Of a DNA stretch of 64,000 nucleotides, positions 12,721-25,900 are shown one piece after another. The position numbers and the translations under genes are program-made. The DNA comes from Ylistrum balloti. Taxonomy: Eukaryota. Each line of letters starts with the position of its first letter. Position 1 is the first letter of the stretch. The stretch covers positions 310,001-374,000 of the forward strand of contig NW_026781863.1 of the NCBI RefSeq assembly GCF_031769215.1, written 5' to 3'. Below the pieces are notes generated by a model. It made no database searches. It was not told the origin of the DNA and saw only the letters and a list, made by a program, of their open reading frames with translations.

Positions 12721-14214
12721 ATGAATCCCATTTCTCTACCAAATTACTACCAGGAAGCTGTACGGGTTAGAGGTAGTCGTCAGTGCCCTAGCCATAAACA
12801 GAAGGAAGTTGTCTATGCGTGTCTTGATTGTGAAACACTTTTGTGTACAACATGTGCCATCAAGTCTCCCCACAGGCCTCATAATCTCGAAGAACTCACT
12901 GAGATTGCAGCAGAGAAGACAGTCGCTATGCACGACTTTATCAACAATATTGAGAATAATACACTTCCTCAACTCAAACGGGATCTATTGTCAACAGAAA
13001 ACCAACTGGAAGAAAATTCTTCTAAGTTTATAGAAATGAGACTTAAAATGAAAAGTCAAGGAGAAAAATGTAAACAAGAAATCGACGATTTGATTGGTCA
13101 ATGGATGTCTATCTGCGAAAATATGGAACGGGTCAACATGGAACTACTCCAACAACGAAAAAGGACGAAACAAAACAGACATGATGTTCTCACTCGAGAA
13201 GTTGAAGAATGCAAAACAACACTACAAGGAGGTTCGCCAGTTGATGTGTATGACATGGAATTCAATACGCTTGGAAATGATACACTTTCCGAGGCACCAG
13301 TTTTACAAACAGCAGAGTTCTCTCCCCGTTTGTCCGTCATTCATCACTTGACACGAGCTCTGGGTGTATTTACTTGCTGCAACTACGATCTGCTGGACAG
13401 GCCAACAGTAGTGGCAAAATTTCCTTTTACGAACCTGTTAGGTTCAATCTGCCCTACATCAGAAGGACATGCTTTAGCAGTTCTGGAATATAATAACTGC
13501 TCTGTTCTCCACCTCAACAAAAACGGCGGTATAGAAAAGGAGATAACACACGACAACGAAATAAGAGACGTCAGTCGAGGTCCAATCACAGACGAGGTTT
13601 GGTTTTGCAGTCAACAAACTGTATATGAGATGAAGTCAACATCACCTGTCGCAAAATTCAAAGTAGGTCGCGAGATTTGGAGCATGCATGTAACAAACCA
13701 GCGTGAAATCATTGTCGGAACAAGAGAAATGTTGGCGATCTACACGTCAGCTGGAACCCTGATGCACGAGGCAACAAGACACGAGACGGGAATTCGCGGT
13801 CCAATGAAGTTAGCACAATGTCCTGTTACCGGTAACATAGCTGCTGTGAGCTGGGAAGAAAATGAAGGGAAAGAGGAAAATTTAAACAGGTATACAATGT
13901 ACATCATCGTGTATGATCGAAACCTCGCGGTGATTTTCAAATACAACGGATACGGAATCCAGGGCGATGAAATCGTAACATCAGACACATTCGGTCCCGG
14001 AACTGTTGCTTACGATTCGTATGGAAATCTGATTGTAGGGGACTGGAAACGCAACACTATAGAACTGATCAGCGGATGTGGTCAATACATCAAAACTCTA
14101 CACAGAACCGCTGGGCAACAGGGAATTATTGGTATTGAACCAGGGAATATCTTATGGTCACAGACTGATGATGAGGAAATACAAATCCTCAAGTACTACA
14201 AAGACAGCGATTAA
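12721..14214 (+). CDS. B-box zinc finger / coiled-coil / C-terminal beta-propeller (NHL-like) protein, RING-less TRIM-like, 497 aa, single coding exon
   Basis: B-box2 pattern C-x2-H-x8-C-x2-C-x4-C-x2-C-x5-H-x2-H (CPSH...CLDC...CTTC...HRPH); helical charged segment; propeller-type motifs (PGTVAYDSYGNLIVGDW, PMKLAQCPVTGNIAAV). Family is expanded in bivalves; no orthologue assigned. Confidence 0.88.
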   Translation: MNPISLPNYYQEAVRVRGSRQCPSHKQKEVVYACLDCETLLCTTCAIKSPHRPHNLEELTEIAAEKTVAMHDFINNIENNTLPQLKRDLLSTENQLEENSSKFIEMRLKMKSQGEKCKQEIDDLIGQWMSICENMERVNMELLQQRKRTKQNRHDVLTREVEECKTTLQGGSPVDVYDMEFNTLGNDTLSEAPVLQTAEFSPRLSVIHHLTRALGVFTCCNYDLLDRPTVVAKFPFTNLLGSICPTSEGHALAVLEYNNCSVLHLNKNGGIEKEITHDNEIRDVSRGPITDEVWFCSQQTVYEMKSTSPVAKFKVGREIWSMHVTNQREIIVGTREMLAIYTSAGTLMHEATRHETGIRGPMKLAQCPVTGNIAAVSWEENEGKEENLNRYTMYIIVYDRNLAVIFKYNGYGIQGDEIVTSDTFGPGTVAYDSYGNLIVGDWKRNTIELISGCGQYIKTLHRTAGQQGIIGIEPGNILWSQTDDEEIQILKYYKDSD

Positions 14215-16974
14215 AAGGCGCACATGATCACAGAAACGTTTGGTTTTCACGGTCACGGAAACGAACGACTCTCATTTGAATTTTTTCTGCTTTTATTTTA
14301 CTGGCAACTTTCCTGCTGAAATGTGAAGACAAAGGGTACTCTTGTTGTGTGTCAACCACAACGTGTGTCACGTTGTGGTTGTGGACAACAATCAGCACGA
14401 GTGTTTTAATTGGTTGAATTACATGAAACAGTTATTTCGTTTGAAAATCTATGCAATATGTTGACTTTACTGAAATGTATGTGGTGGATATGTATTAATA
14501 GTAGGGAGATAGAGTCGTATGGTGCCTAAGAGGTTTTTTTTTTATTTTGTGCGTGCTTGTGATGTAATGGCAAATATTTTCAGGTTGAGTATTCAATAAT
14601 TGTTAACAATGAGATTCCTTCGGTGTCTGACATTGATGTTGCAGAATCAATGATTTCACGTTATTTAAGACTGTTTGGGACATCGATTCTTCTTGACACT
14701 TTGTTTATACAGGTTCGTAATGGATCAAGCGTGTATGCTATGTACTCATGGTGTGATAATGAGTTAAATTTCCCCAAAATTTTGGGCACCATCTGAACTA
14801 ATTATTACAGAGTAGTGTTTAACGGGGTACGTTAGGACACATAATTTGGCTTCAGCAATACTCAGTACGTTTGGCATCGTTGTGTTCCTTCAAATGTCTC
14901 AATCTTTCTTGTTTCTTTGAGAAAACCTTTCCATTATTTATGTTTGTCCTTCCTTTCATTTGAATTTGAATTAAGACTTGGCAACACTTTCTCAATAGAA
15001 ACAGTCTCTACAAGTGAAACACGCTAGATTTTATAGATTTTTCTGATTGTAAGAATGCCATGGCCGGAGAGAAACTAACAGATGTACGTGATTATAGTAT
15101 AGACCATCAAATGGATTTAACATGAATGAATAAGAGGACGTAACATGTTTGTTAATATAAAACGTAATAACGGGACAATCTAATGACCTATCACCCCTGA
15201 CCTCACAATGACCTGTGTACTGCAGCTACCTATACAGTACAGGTATAAACAATGAGTATACGGTAGTACAAAAAGAACAATGGTTATCAATATGCTTTGT
15301 TATCGTGGTGCATTAAAGAATCCTTTACAAACATATAACACTGTGTATTGTGTATGATATAATTTGACACGGAAGTAGCGATTGTAAAGGAACTGAAGCA
15401 CAATACATAGATTAGTTGCGAAACACTGCTCTTAGTGATATAGATCAGTTCTGTCATCTAAATCAATGAGTTCTATTTTAGGTAAAATCAAGCGCGTACC
15501 TCTGTCTACTCGACCATATTAAATTTCATTTCTATTATAAAGAGAAAATTTCATCTCTATAATCCATTATTATCAGTACGAGTTCAATACCCATCTGCTA
15601 GTTAATGAAATACACGACGATAACAAGACAAACTATTTATAACGCTATCAGCGATAAGATAGGGCCTACGTTCCTTGACGTTAAAGCTTGACCACGTGAC
15701 TTTTTACAATTAATATGGTCACCGGAAGTGATATTTCAATGCGCAGCTTGTCACAGGAGCGTCTGTGGAAATTATTTCCATGACGTTGACAGAACTTTTC
15801 AACACAAATGAATTGGACAAGGCTAAGTTAGATACTAAATCAAACTTGTTATTTAACGGTTACGTCTTGCCAAGATTCATTGTGTCGCTAGGCTTCAGTA
15901 CTTGACAAACTCTATGTTGGTACTATTTGGGAGAATAATTAACTTTCTAGACTGAACTACAACTTTTTACCGTATAATAACACTGGGGAAACCTCTTCAT
16001 TTAAAATTATTCACGCCCCTTCTTATAGCTTGAAATGTATATACCTTTATTTCCATGTATGTTTCATGGCGTTGGAGAGTCATTTGTTATATTCAGAACT
16101 TGGTAATATGCCAAGGACAAATGATTCCAATAAAGAACATGTTTTATAGACGTGAGTATATGTGATATAGACATGATAGTTGCGATATATAAAAAAGTAC
16201 GGTACGACTAACAACTCCTTTATATTACACTTGAGTAAACACAATAGAAAAGGCCAACAGATATATCATCTTTTTATCCTGGTATAAGTGCACGGTATCG
16301 ACATTTCTATATTTCTATCTACATATACAAACATATAGATGTATAATGAAGCAAAAAACGAAAATGGGATGGTTGGATGAATGGGATATTCATAATAATA
16401 CCCTGAAGTCACTTTTGTGTAAAACTTCAACAGAAATAGAGTGTGTATCTTGTTGTAAGATCTACAGATGGATTAATTATGTATATTTACGGTTTGACAA
16501 AATGGAAAATAGTCATAATATCAGTGAACTACTAACTAAATAAGTCAATAAAAAGAAACAACGCAGACGAGCCATGGTCACACTTATTAGTGTGATTATT
16601 TCCAGAACAGAAAGTGGTGTCATAAAGGGTTATATGCTGAATAATTCATTAAAATGTTTCGTCTGTTAATATACACCTCTGTTCTCCTTCATGCTTGATA
16701 GCGTCAGACAGTCATTAATGGTATTCGGAATCAATAACAAATGTATCTTAGTACCAAAATTGCTGCATTTCGTTAAAATCATACTGGTACATATACTATC
16801 AGCACCGACTGATTGTTACATTGAGCTAAACTGTGTATTCATGTTTATTCATTATTTACTGCAATAGACAAGTTATGTGACTTTTACAATCATCCAAAGT
16901 GCAACGGATCGTATTGACAATCAATAACAATGATACAGATGTTACACAATAGTTAAACAACAGTAAATAACAGC

Positions 16975-17422
16975 GGTTAAACACTAAATTACATTGGTTA
17001 AACAACACTAAATTACAGTGGTTAAACAACACTAAATTACATTGGTTAAACAACAGTAAATTACATTGGTTAAACAACACTAAATTACATTGGTTAAACA
17101 ACACTAAATTACAGTGGTTAAACAACACAGTAAATTACATTGGTTAAACAACAGTAAATTACATTGGTTAAACAACACTAAATTACATTGGTTAAACAAC
17201 ACTAAATTACATTGTGTTAAACAACAGTAAATTACATTGGTTAAACAACACTAAATTACAGAGGTTAAACAACACTAAATTACATTGTGTTAAACAACAG
17301 TAAATTACATTGGTTAAACAACAGTAAATTACATTGGTTAAACAACACTAAATTACATTGGTTAAACAACAGTAAATTACATTGGTTAAACAACACTAAA
17401 TTACAGTGGTTAAACAACAGTG
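16975..17422. repeat. 24-bp minisatellite, about 18 copies
   Basis: Unit ggttaaacaacactaaattacatt. Confidence 0.95.
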
Positions 17423-17682
17423 GTTTTTCACTTAACAACTGGTATAATATATAATCATCATTAGCTGATTAGTAGATGTCAGGGCGATAAATAGTTACGA
17501 TATATTTGTTTATTTAAAGCATTTAACAGCGTCATTTTAAACAAAAACCTGTATATGATTATTGGATCTTACGCTATGTAAACTTCTATATCCCATTCAT
17601 TCTCTGGTAATTAATTTTTTTTCAAAGAATGGTGAACAGTGAACTATACTGAAGTCAAAAATACGTCCAATGTAACAAAATA

Positions 17683-17727
17683 GAAGAAGAAGAAGAAGAA
17701 GAAGAAGAAGAAGAAGAAGAAGAAGAA
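17683..17727. repeat. (GAA)n microsatellite, about 15 units
   Basis: Direct inspection. Confidence 0.97.
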
Positions 17728-17899
17728 GGAGAAAAAAAAGGTTGACGACATCATTAAAAATGATCGAATTTCTCCCTTATATTATCCTATCCAATAAATT
17801 AATGACATACCTATAAGAACAAACTGTGCCCTCCTCTCGGCTGACCTTTTTGTTTTTTATTCGATGGGATTTCAGATATGACGTCCAGCTTTTAACTAG

Positions 17900-18200
17900 A
17901 AATTTAATATCCATGTAGTTCCTACATACCCACCACAATAGGAAATCAACTAACTCTGCCACACCTGACACTTACCTTGATATTTTTCTTCAACGAAACC
18001 ACCATAGACAGCTTTTCTGTATGTTGTATGACAAACGTGATGATTTCAATTTTCCTATTATGAACTTCTCATTTCTGGATAGCAACATCCCTGCAATCCC
18101 AACGTATGGTATTTATAATCCACAGATGATAAGATATTCAAAGACATGTTCCCAATATCACAATTTTCGTGTAAATGTCGACAACTGACAGGTAAACTGA
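17900..18200 (+). mobile_element. Penelope-like retroelement RT fragment (degenerate)
   Basis: Translates YLDIFLQ...LYDKRDDFNFPIMNFSFLDSNIPAIPTYGIY...QMIRYSKTCSQY, matching the YDKRDDFxF / SNIP / QLIRY signature of molluscan Penelope-like RTs as I recall it. Confidence 0.75.
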
Positions 18201-18804
18201 AAACACAGGGTGTCGTGTGATATGAAGCTGGACCAATCTGTTCCAGAGTGCATTGTGATACCCGAATAACACTTCTGTTAACGGCTCGCGCTATTTCACA
18301 AATCTTGTGTAGCGTATTTTTGTCAAATAGTAAAGTAATTGATTACTTTTCTGTTTTAATATATGTATTATTGTCTTAAAAATAGATGTTTGTTCATCTG
18401 GAAAATGACTACATTAGTATATATGGTTATAAATTATGGATTATATCGCTAAAAAGATTAAATTTGAGTTAATAATAATCACCAATTATTTTATATTTTG
18501 TAATTTCACTTTTCAACTACCGACGTGTCCTCAAGATATGAAATTCTTCTTTCATGACATCAATGATAAATTATGGTAATTTGGCCATGAAATTGACACA
18601 AAACCCCTTTACGTGCACGAATGCTGTTTTTTGGCGCCTATCGCTGATATACAATTACGTCTACAGTCTTCGTTGGTGACTTCATAGATGATGCAGTAGT
18701 TGTGCACGCTTTGATAGAAATTGGAACTGATTGTGTGTTTATTGTGGTTAGTTGTCTGTTTCTTCCATTGTTTTATACGACTTTTTCATTTAGTTACATA
18801 AATG

Positions 18805-18965
18805 TACATGGCGGATGTTCTCGGTAAACCAGAACACGATCACTCTTCCGGAACATCTGGGTATTCTCTTTCTTTTTTCAGGACTCTCGGTGTAAATATT
18901 TATTTTCATATATTTTGTCTTATTTTTTTTAAATATAGAATATGACTTTGTAGACATGTTGACAC
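18805..18965 (+). mobile_element. Possible Penelope-like 3'/pLTR remnant
   Basis: gatcactcttccggaacatctgg resembles the cttacccttccggagcacctg motif of these elements; recall-based and weak. Confidence 0.35.
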
Positions 18966-19299
18966 TTGTTGTTTTTGTTTATATATTGCGCTCATTTCAC
19001 CATGTGTTAGGTTAGTTTGTATCAGTATTTTCATGTCGTCAATAACTATTGGATAATGACGAGGACCTTTCTTCTTCTTGTTATTAAGACGTTGCTATCG
19101 GAAAAAGACCAAACAGAAAATTTTGTTGTATGAATCAATTGCTATCGGATAAGGACCCGGACCTATTTCCTTGTTTCCAAACAAATTCATACAAGACGTA
19201 GTTATGTCAAAACGTGATGTTGTAAATGTAAATACAAACTTGTAAGATTTCACTGCTATAACAGCAGGTTAGTTTATTGCTTGTTAATTTATTGCCACG

Positions 19300-19640
19300 T
19301 GAACAGCTGAAATACATTTTGGATGGGGTAACTTTCTTGTACAGCAGATGACTTACTCACTGAACAGAAAACAGGTACTCAACATGACATCCTGGGTAAA
19401 GTGGATAGTTCACTGTTGTCAGTATGATGTGATCGGGTTGGGGATCCTGCCAGCAACAGCATACCTCAGTGGAGTAGCATACAAAAGTTGGTTTTAGACT
19501 TCTATCACATGGCAGTCACAAACATAACCACCCAACAATTCATCGCAGACATGCAGTTCACAAGAAAGGTGCCCTTCCTTTAATGACAAAAGCTGTTGAT
19601 AGGATGTTTATTATTATCCATTAAACCAAACATAACCGCC
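19300..19640 (+). mobile_element. Possible old SINE remnant
   Basis: Ends aaagctgttgataggatgtt...taaaccaaac, similar to molluscan SINE tails; head not resolvable. Confidence 0.3.
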
Positions 19641-19954
19641 ATAAGTAGGGAGAGCAGTATGACGAACCTTGAATCTTCGTCTGAGTTTATGTAGGATGAC
19701 GTCTCCCTTTCCCTGACCCATGGGTATGTATATATTAAATTATATGAAATATTATATTCTGTGATGGTATTTCTTTCCAGATGAATGATTCATATTTGTA
19801 GTGCGAATGTTTATATATCTGTATTAATTATTAAATAGCATTGCTTGTTATGTTAGTTCATTGCAGTGTCATGGAATGGTCGGATACGTATGGCATATCA
19901 CAGTATGATAGGAAAAGCAGACGGGGGCAGATGTCTGTTTACCTAGGATTACGA

Positions 19955-22900
19955 ATGGAGTTATCAATATTGGTCCTGGTTATTACGACACAACTCAGAG
20001 GTAAGAGAGTACAAATACATGTCATTTAAATGAATTTTGTCTTTAATTCCATATTTTGAACAAGAGCTCATCTGTCTTAAATGAAAACAATGTTGTCCGA
20101 AGCAATTTCATTCTATTGTAGACAAATACTGCGTACTTCGTATCCATAATCGAATTTGTTTTAGAACGTATTATAATTTATCATTTCGCAATGTATTTAT
20201 ATTTATAAGTGGGTAACATGTTGTAAGTACAGACAACAGGTTAAATTTACATTTTGTACAACATATCGAATCAGCATTAATCTGAATGCATTTAGATTAT
20301 TCATCCCTTCCAGTAAAAAGTACACGAAGATTTCCTTTCTAACTTGATGAAATAGACTCATAATTTTAAAGCAAGCTGAAATATTGGTTCTGTAACGAAT
20401 TAAATATCATTTCATATACGTTTCATAGAATTGAACAATCATTTTTGTAATACTTTGTCCTAATCCTTGAGACAATTATCATAATGCTATGCAATAATCT
20501 TACGATGTATAATATTTTGAAGAAAGCGGAACCTTAAAATAACGATAGAATATTTAACTGATATTTAAAGTCACCCTTATGATTGTCGCTTTACTCTTCG
20601 TCAGTTATTCACTTTTACCGAGTTTAATTACAGTTCACCGCTCGTCATTAGATTTTCAAAGTTAAACGTCGTAGGTTTGGGAGGCGATATCCAAGGAATG
20701 GTCATTTATTAATTCTGTATTAAATTCACTCTTAAAGAAAAATTATCTTCGTCTGCCAAAATGTGTTCTCGCAAAGATGCCTCGTGGACAGAATGTTTTT
20801 ATGTGGTTTTCAGATCAATACAACTGAGAACAGTGAGCTTCTTCATCAAATATGACTTTTAACGATATCCCATGATAGCTTAATCCGGAGGAATTTACAT
20901 TTTATTTTCAAACATACTACACTAATTTGAATGAAAGTGACTTTAATAATTTCATAAAAATTGTCTAGTTCTATTTCTATGTATGACAAATATGTACATT
21001 ATCATGAAAGGGTAAAAATCCAATATTGGGTCATACTAATCCTCCAGAACAGACTTGTATAAAATTGCAGGCAATTGGTGTCCAGCGTTCAATGCCTGTA
21101 AAAACTGGTCTTTTTTCTTCTTACAATCGAATTCCGTAATCGTGAGGTCGGTGAGACCGTGGGGGAAATTTCGAGGTATCCGAGTGGTCAATATATGCAA
21201 GTTTGAATGTTTAATGCGTAGTTTGGTGGGGACCGACGAAATTCCTCGACTTACATAAGGTACTCGCGATAACTACATATATGTAGGTTCAACTGCATGT
21301 TGTTAAAGGGCTGCTAAGTAATTAGCTTAATTTATGTTCGTAATATCATAACAAGCTATTATTTGTTTTAATCCTGGGCTTCTTTTTCTCTTTGGGTGTA
21401 TATATATACGATGTATATATGTGTATGTAAGATCCGGGCTTGCCTCAATGCTGGCTAACTATTGGCTGCTGATGAGCTCATGTGTGTTACATAAGGTGCT
21501 GGTCGCTGATTGGTCAGCTAAGGTTTGGGCCCGCATCCCCTTTCTCATTCAGCAGCCATCTTGAAATTGATTCACATCAGAAGCCCTGGATCTCAAGAGT
21601 TTAAAACCCACCCACAACCTCCCCCTTTTGGTGATACTTGAGGTGCCTTATGACTTTAGTTTAATAAGTCATGAATGGAGTACGATTTACAAGAATTTGA
21701 ACCATTTATTTTGTCAATGTTGGCGGTTTCTGATTAGTATCAGAAGTGTCTTAGTGGCGGTATTTGATTAGTATCAGAAGTGTCGTAGTGGCGGGTTTTT
21801 GTCAACCCCACTTACGCTAGCTGTCATTATTTTTTAAGTAGTATTTGCTTCTATGGTTGATATAATGCAATTACAGTATCTCGGAAATTTTTGTTGAGTA
21901 TTATTGTCATTTGTGTTTTTGAGTCATGGTGTTGACTCTTTGATATATATAATAAATTTGATGTCACCATTTGGGTGGCCATTTTCATTCAATCTGCGTT
22001 TTCTTGTTATACCATAGTAAAGCTTGTTTATTCTTCTACTTAGCTGTATGCGGGCATAAGGTAAAAAAATATCAGTTAGTTTAATAATTTAACTTTTGTG
22101 CACCACCTTCGCGCTTCTCATACAGTATCTTATATAGTACCGTCACTCGGTTAACAGCGGACATAGCACACAGTGTTATCGAGTCGCGGGTATAAGGTGA
22201 GGAGAAAAGTTGCCCATGGAGTGTAGAACATAAAAATATTTTATTCAGGAAACACCGGGATGGACCGAATACATATATTTATCAGTCACATACTAGCATC
22301 ATGACGTTGGAGATGATAAGCCGGCCGCAAAGGGAGAAAACGTTTGATTAATTAAAACAGAAAAACGCTACCAATATCATAGCAGGAAATAGGCCAAGGA
22401 ACTACTGTAATACCACGATTATTTTATCTCTTCTGGACTCTTCGTGTGCCATTATTTGTTAGTCTCTCTGTTAGGTAGATGCTTAAAAAATGTTATATCT
22501 GTCATTTTGTTGCTTTATAAACGTTCTATTACCACGTATGTTAAAATAGAAGGCGTAAGTTGTTTCCGGTCTAAGACTAAACAAACAGGTGTGAACTAAG
22601 AGAGAATGACTTCTTCAATAGACACGGGACAGAACAGACCGCTTGAAATTGATAAATAGATCAATATATAGACGTGGCTGAATTAGGCTTTTATATTGTA
22701 CAGTAACGTATTTATTGAGGACTTTGATGTAACTGTGTTAGGTTTTCCTTCTCCAAACTCTGTGATCGGCACATTATAATTTTTGTAAGTTGAAATAGTT
22801 TCTTCCATCTGCTCGTTATTGGCGATTCACGACGTGCTATCCGAGAGTTTTTTAACTGATATATGCAAGTACTCTGGAGCAAGTGAATACTCGGTAGTAG

Positions 22901-25900
22901 TGAACGCTCAGTCTTAGGGAACACTCGGTAAACAGTGAGTACTCGGAACAGTGAGCACTCCGTCTTAGAGAACACTCGGTAAACAGTGAATACTCGGTAG
23001 TAGTGAGCACTCCGTCTTCGGGAACACTCGGTAAACAGTGAATACTCGGTAGTAGTGAGCACTCCGTCTTCGGGGGCACTCGGTAAACAGTGAGTACTCG
23101 GAACAGTGAGCACTCCATCAACATGAGTACTCGGAACAGTGAGCACTCCGTCTTAGGGAACACTCGGTAAACAGTGAGTAATCGGTAGTAGTGAGCACTC
23201 CGTCTTAGGGAACACTCGGTAAACAGTGAGTATTCGGTAGTAGTGAACGCTCAGTCTTAGGGAACACTCGGTAAACAGTGAGTACTCGGAACAGTGAGCA
23301 CTCCGTCTTAGAGAACACTCGGTAAACAGTGAGTATTCGGTAGTAGTGAACGCTCATTCTTAGGGAACACTCGGTAAACAGTGAGTACTCGGAACAGTGA
23401 GCACTCCGTCTTAGGGAACACTCGGTAAACAGTGAGTACTCGGTAGTAGTGAGCACTCCGTCTTAGGGAACACTCGGTAAACAGTGAATACTCGGTAGTA
23501 GTGAACGCTCAGTCTTAGGGAACACTCGGTAAACAGTGAGTACTCGGAACAGTGAGCACTCCGTCTTAGAGAACACTCGATAAACAGTGAGTATTCGGTA
23601 GTAGTGAACGCTCAGTCTTCGAGAACACTCGGTAAACAGTGAGTATTCGGTAGTAGTGAACGCTCAGTCTTAGGGAACACTCGGTAAACAGTGAGTACTC
23701 GGAACAGTGAGCACTCCGTCTTAGAGAACACTCGGTAAACAGTGAATACTCGGTAGTAGTGAGCACTCCGTCTTCGGGAACACTCGGTAAACAGTGAATA
23801 CTCGGTAGTAGTGAGCACTCCGTCTTCGGGGGCACTCGGTAAACAGTGAGTACTCGGAACAGTGAGCACTCCATCAGCAGTGAGTACTCGGAACAGTGAG
23901 CACTCCGTCTTAGGGAACACTCGGTAAACAGTGAGTACTCGGTAGTAGTGAGCACTCCGTCTTAGGGAACACTCGGTAAACAGTGAGTATTCGGTAGTAG
24001 TGAACGCTCAGTCTTAGGGAACACTCGGTAAACAGTGAGTACTCGGAACAGTGAGCACTCCGTCTTAGAGAACACTCGGTAAACAGTGAGTATTCGGTAG
24101 TAGTGAACGCTCATTCTTAGGGAACACTCGGTAAACAGTGAGTACTCGGAACAGTGAGCACTCCGTCTTAGGGAACACTCGGTAAACAGTGAGTACTCGG
24201 TAGTAGTGAGCACTCCGTCTTAGGGAACACTCGGTAAACAGTGAATACTCGGTAGTAGTGAACGCCAGTCTTAGGGAACACTCGGTAAACAGTGAGTACT
24301 CGGAACAGTGAGCACTCCGTCTTAGAGAACACTCGATAAACAGTGAGTATTCGGTAGTAGTGAACGCTCAGTCTTAGAGAACACTCGGTAAACAGTGAGT
24401 ATTCGGTAGTAGTGAACGCTCAGTCTTAGGGAACACTCGGTAAACAGTGAGTACTCGGAACAGTGAGCACTCCGTCTTAGGGAACACTCGGTAAACAGTG
24501 AGTACTCGGTAGTAGTGAGCACTCCGTCTTAGGGAACACTCGGTAAACAGTGAATACTCGGTAGTAGTGAGCACTCCGTCTTAGGGAACACTCGGTAAAC
24601 AGTGAGTACTCGGAACAGTGAGCACTCCGTCTTAGGGAACACTCGGTAAACAGTGAGTACTCGGAACAGTGAGCACTCCGTCTTAGGGAACACTCGGTAA
24701 ACAGTGAGTACTCGGAACAGTGATAACTCGGTAGCGGTGAATACTCTTGTAACAGTAAGCGTTCGTTAATAATACAATTATATCCCAGATAGGGAATAGG
24801 AAACGCTGTATTGACATATCAGTAAATAGTTCTGTTATATGTGGATATACTCTAATGAAGAATACTCAGAGGTGACGAGTAATTATTATATCTCTTACAA
24901 TATTAGTCATTGCTGAATAGTCGGTCGTGAATAAAATGAAGATATTTGGCAAGCTGTAGATTCATAATATCTGTATATATCTGTGTTAGGTGGTTGTAGT
25001 ATTGACTATCTCTATACTAGACAAGATACAAGATCATCAGTAGGAACCGATACGAACCCGGTATACGTCACACTACAATAGCTCGTCAGGAAGGTGTGAA
25101 TTTGTATGTCTTTAATATACCAAGCTATACAATACAGTTGTACCACAGAAAATTGTATCAAAGAGTACAAATGCATGATATGAATATCCTATTAATTTGG
25201 TACCATATAAGATGTGACATGGTACACAAGATTGTTGGATTGAAAAATGTGCCATGGTACAAACAGAAAAACGAAAAATCCTATTATTTCGTCAGGCTCT
25301 TGTCAACCGTAGTAGTCTTGGGATTTCAAAAATAGAAAAAAACGATAGCCGGATTTACCAATGTCGGTTCTTGTACATTCCGGGTGTCGTCGATGGAGGC
25401 TTATCCTTTCAGTTCACCTGTCGTTTACATCAATACAGTGACATCAGCTCAGTATGACCAATAGAGTTAGGTTAGATTATATAACTGTTTTTGTTCCAAT
25501 TATTTTCAGTTGGAGAGACTCTTTACACAGATCTGGTTCTTAGCCCGAATGCAATGTCTTGGAGTAAGTCCGAAACATATTGCCAGGGGCAAAATGGGCG
25601 ACTTCTCGTGTTGGACAGTAAGGAGAAATGGGACCAATTCACTTCTCACGAGGAGTATAGGAAAAACGACATGTAAGACTGATTACACATATAATTGTCT
25701 AGTTTAATACAAATCAAGCTGTTTTGTATAATTGATCGACTTTAATATCCCCGGGCTGGACATGTTATTGAATAGAAGTGAAGATATCTCCCAACTAGGT
25801 TGATACAATCCAATCCTTGTTCGCAGAAAATCACTTTTTACATCAATCACTAGTAGTGACTAGTACATCAAGTTTATTATTCATATTCAGAACACAACTT

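Noticed and set aside
12736-13988. Short alternative-frame and antisense ORFs within the TRIM-like gene
   Set aside because: Shadows of the long coding ORF with no independent motifs
22712-24574. Multiple ORFs and a CRISPR-like look of the 51/52-bp array
   Set aside because: Contiguous tandem units with no unique spacers, no cas genes, eukaryotic intron context
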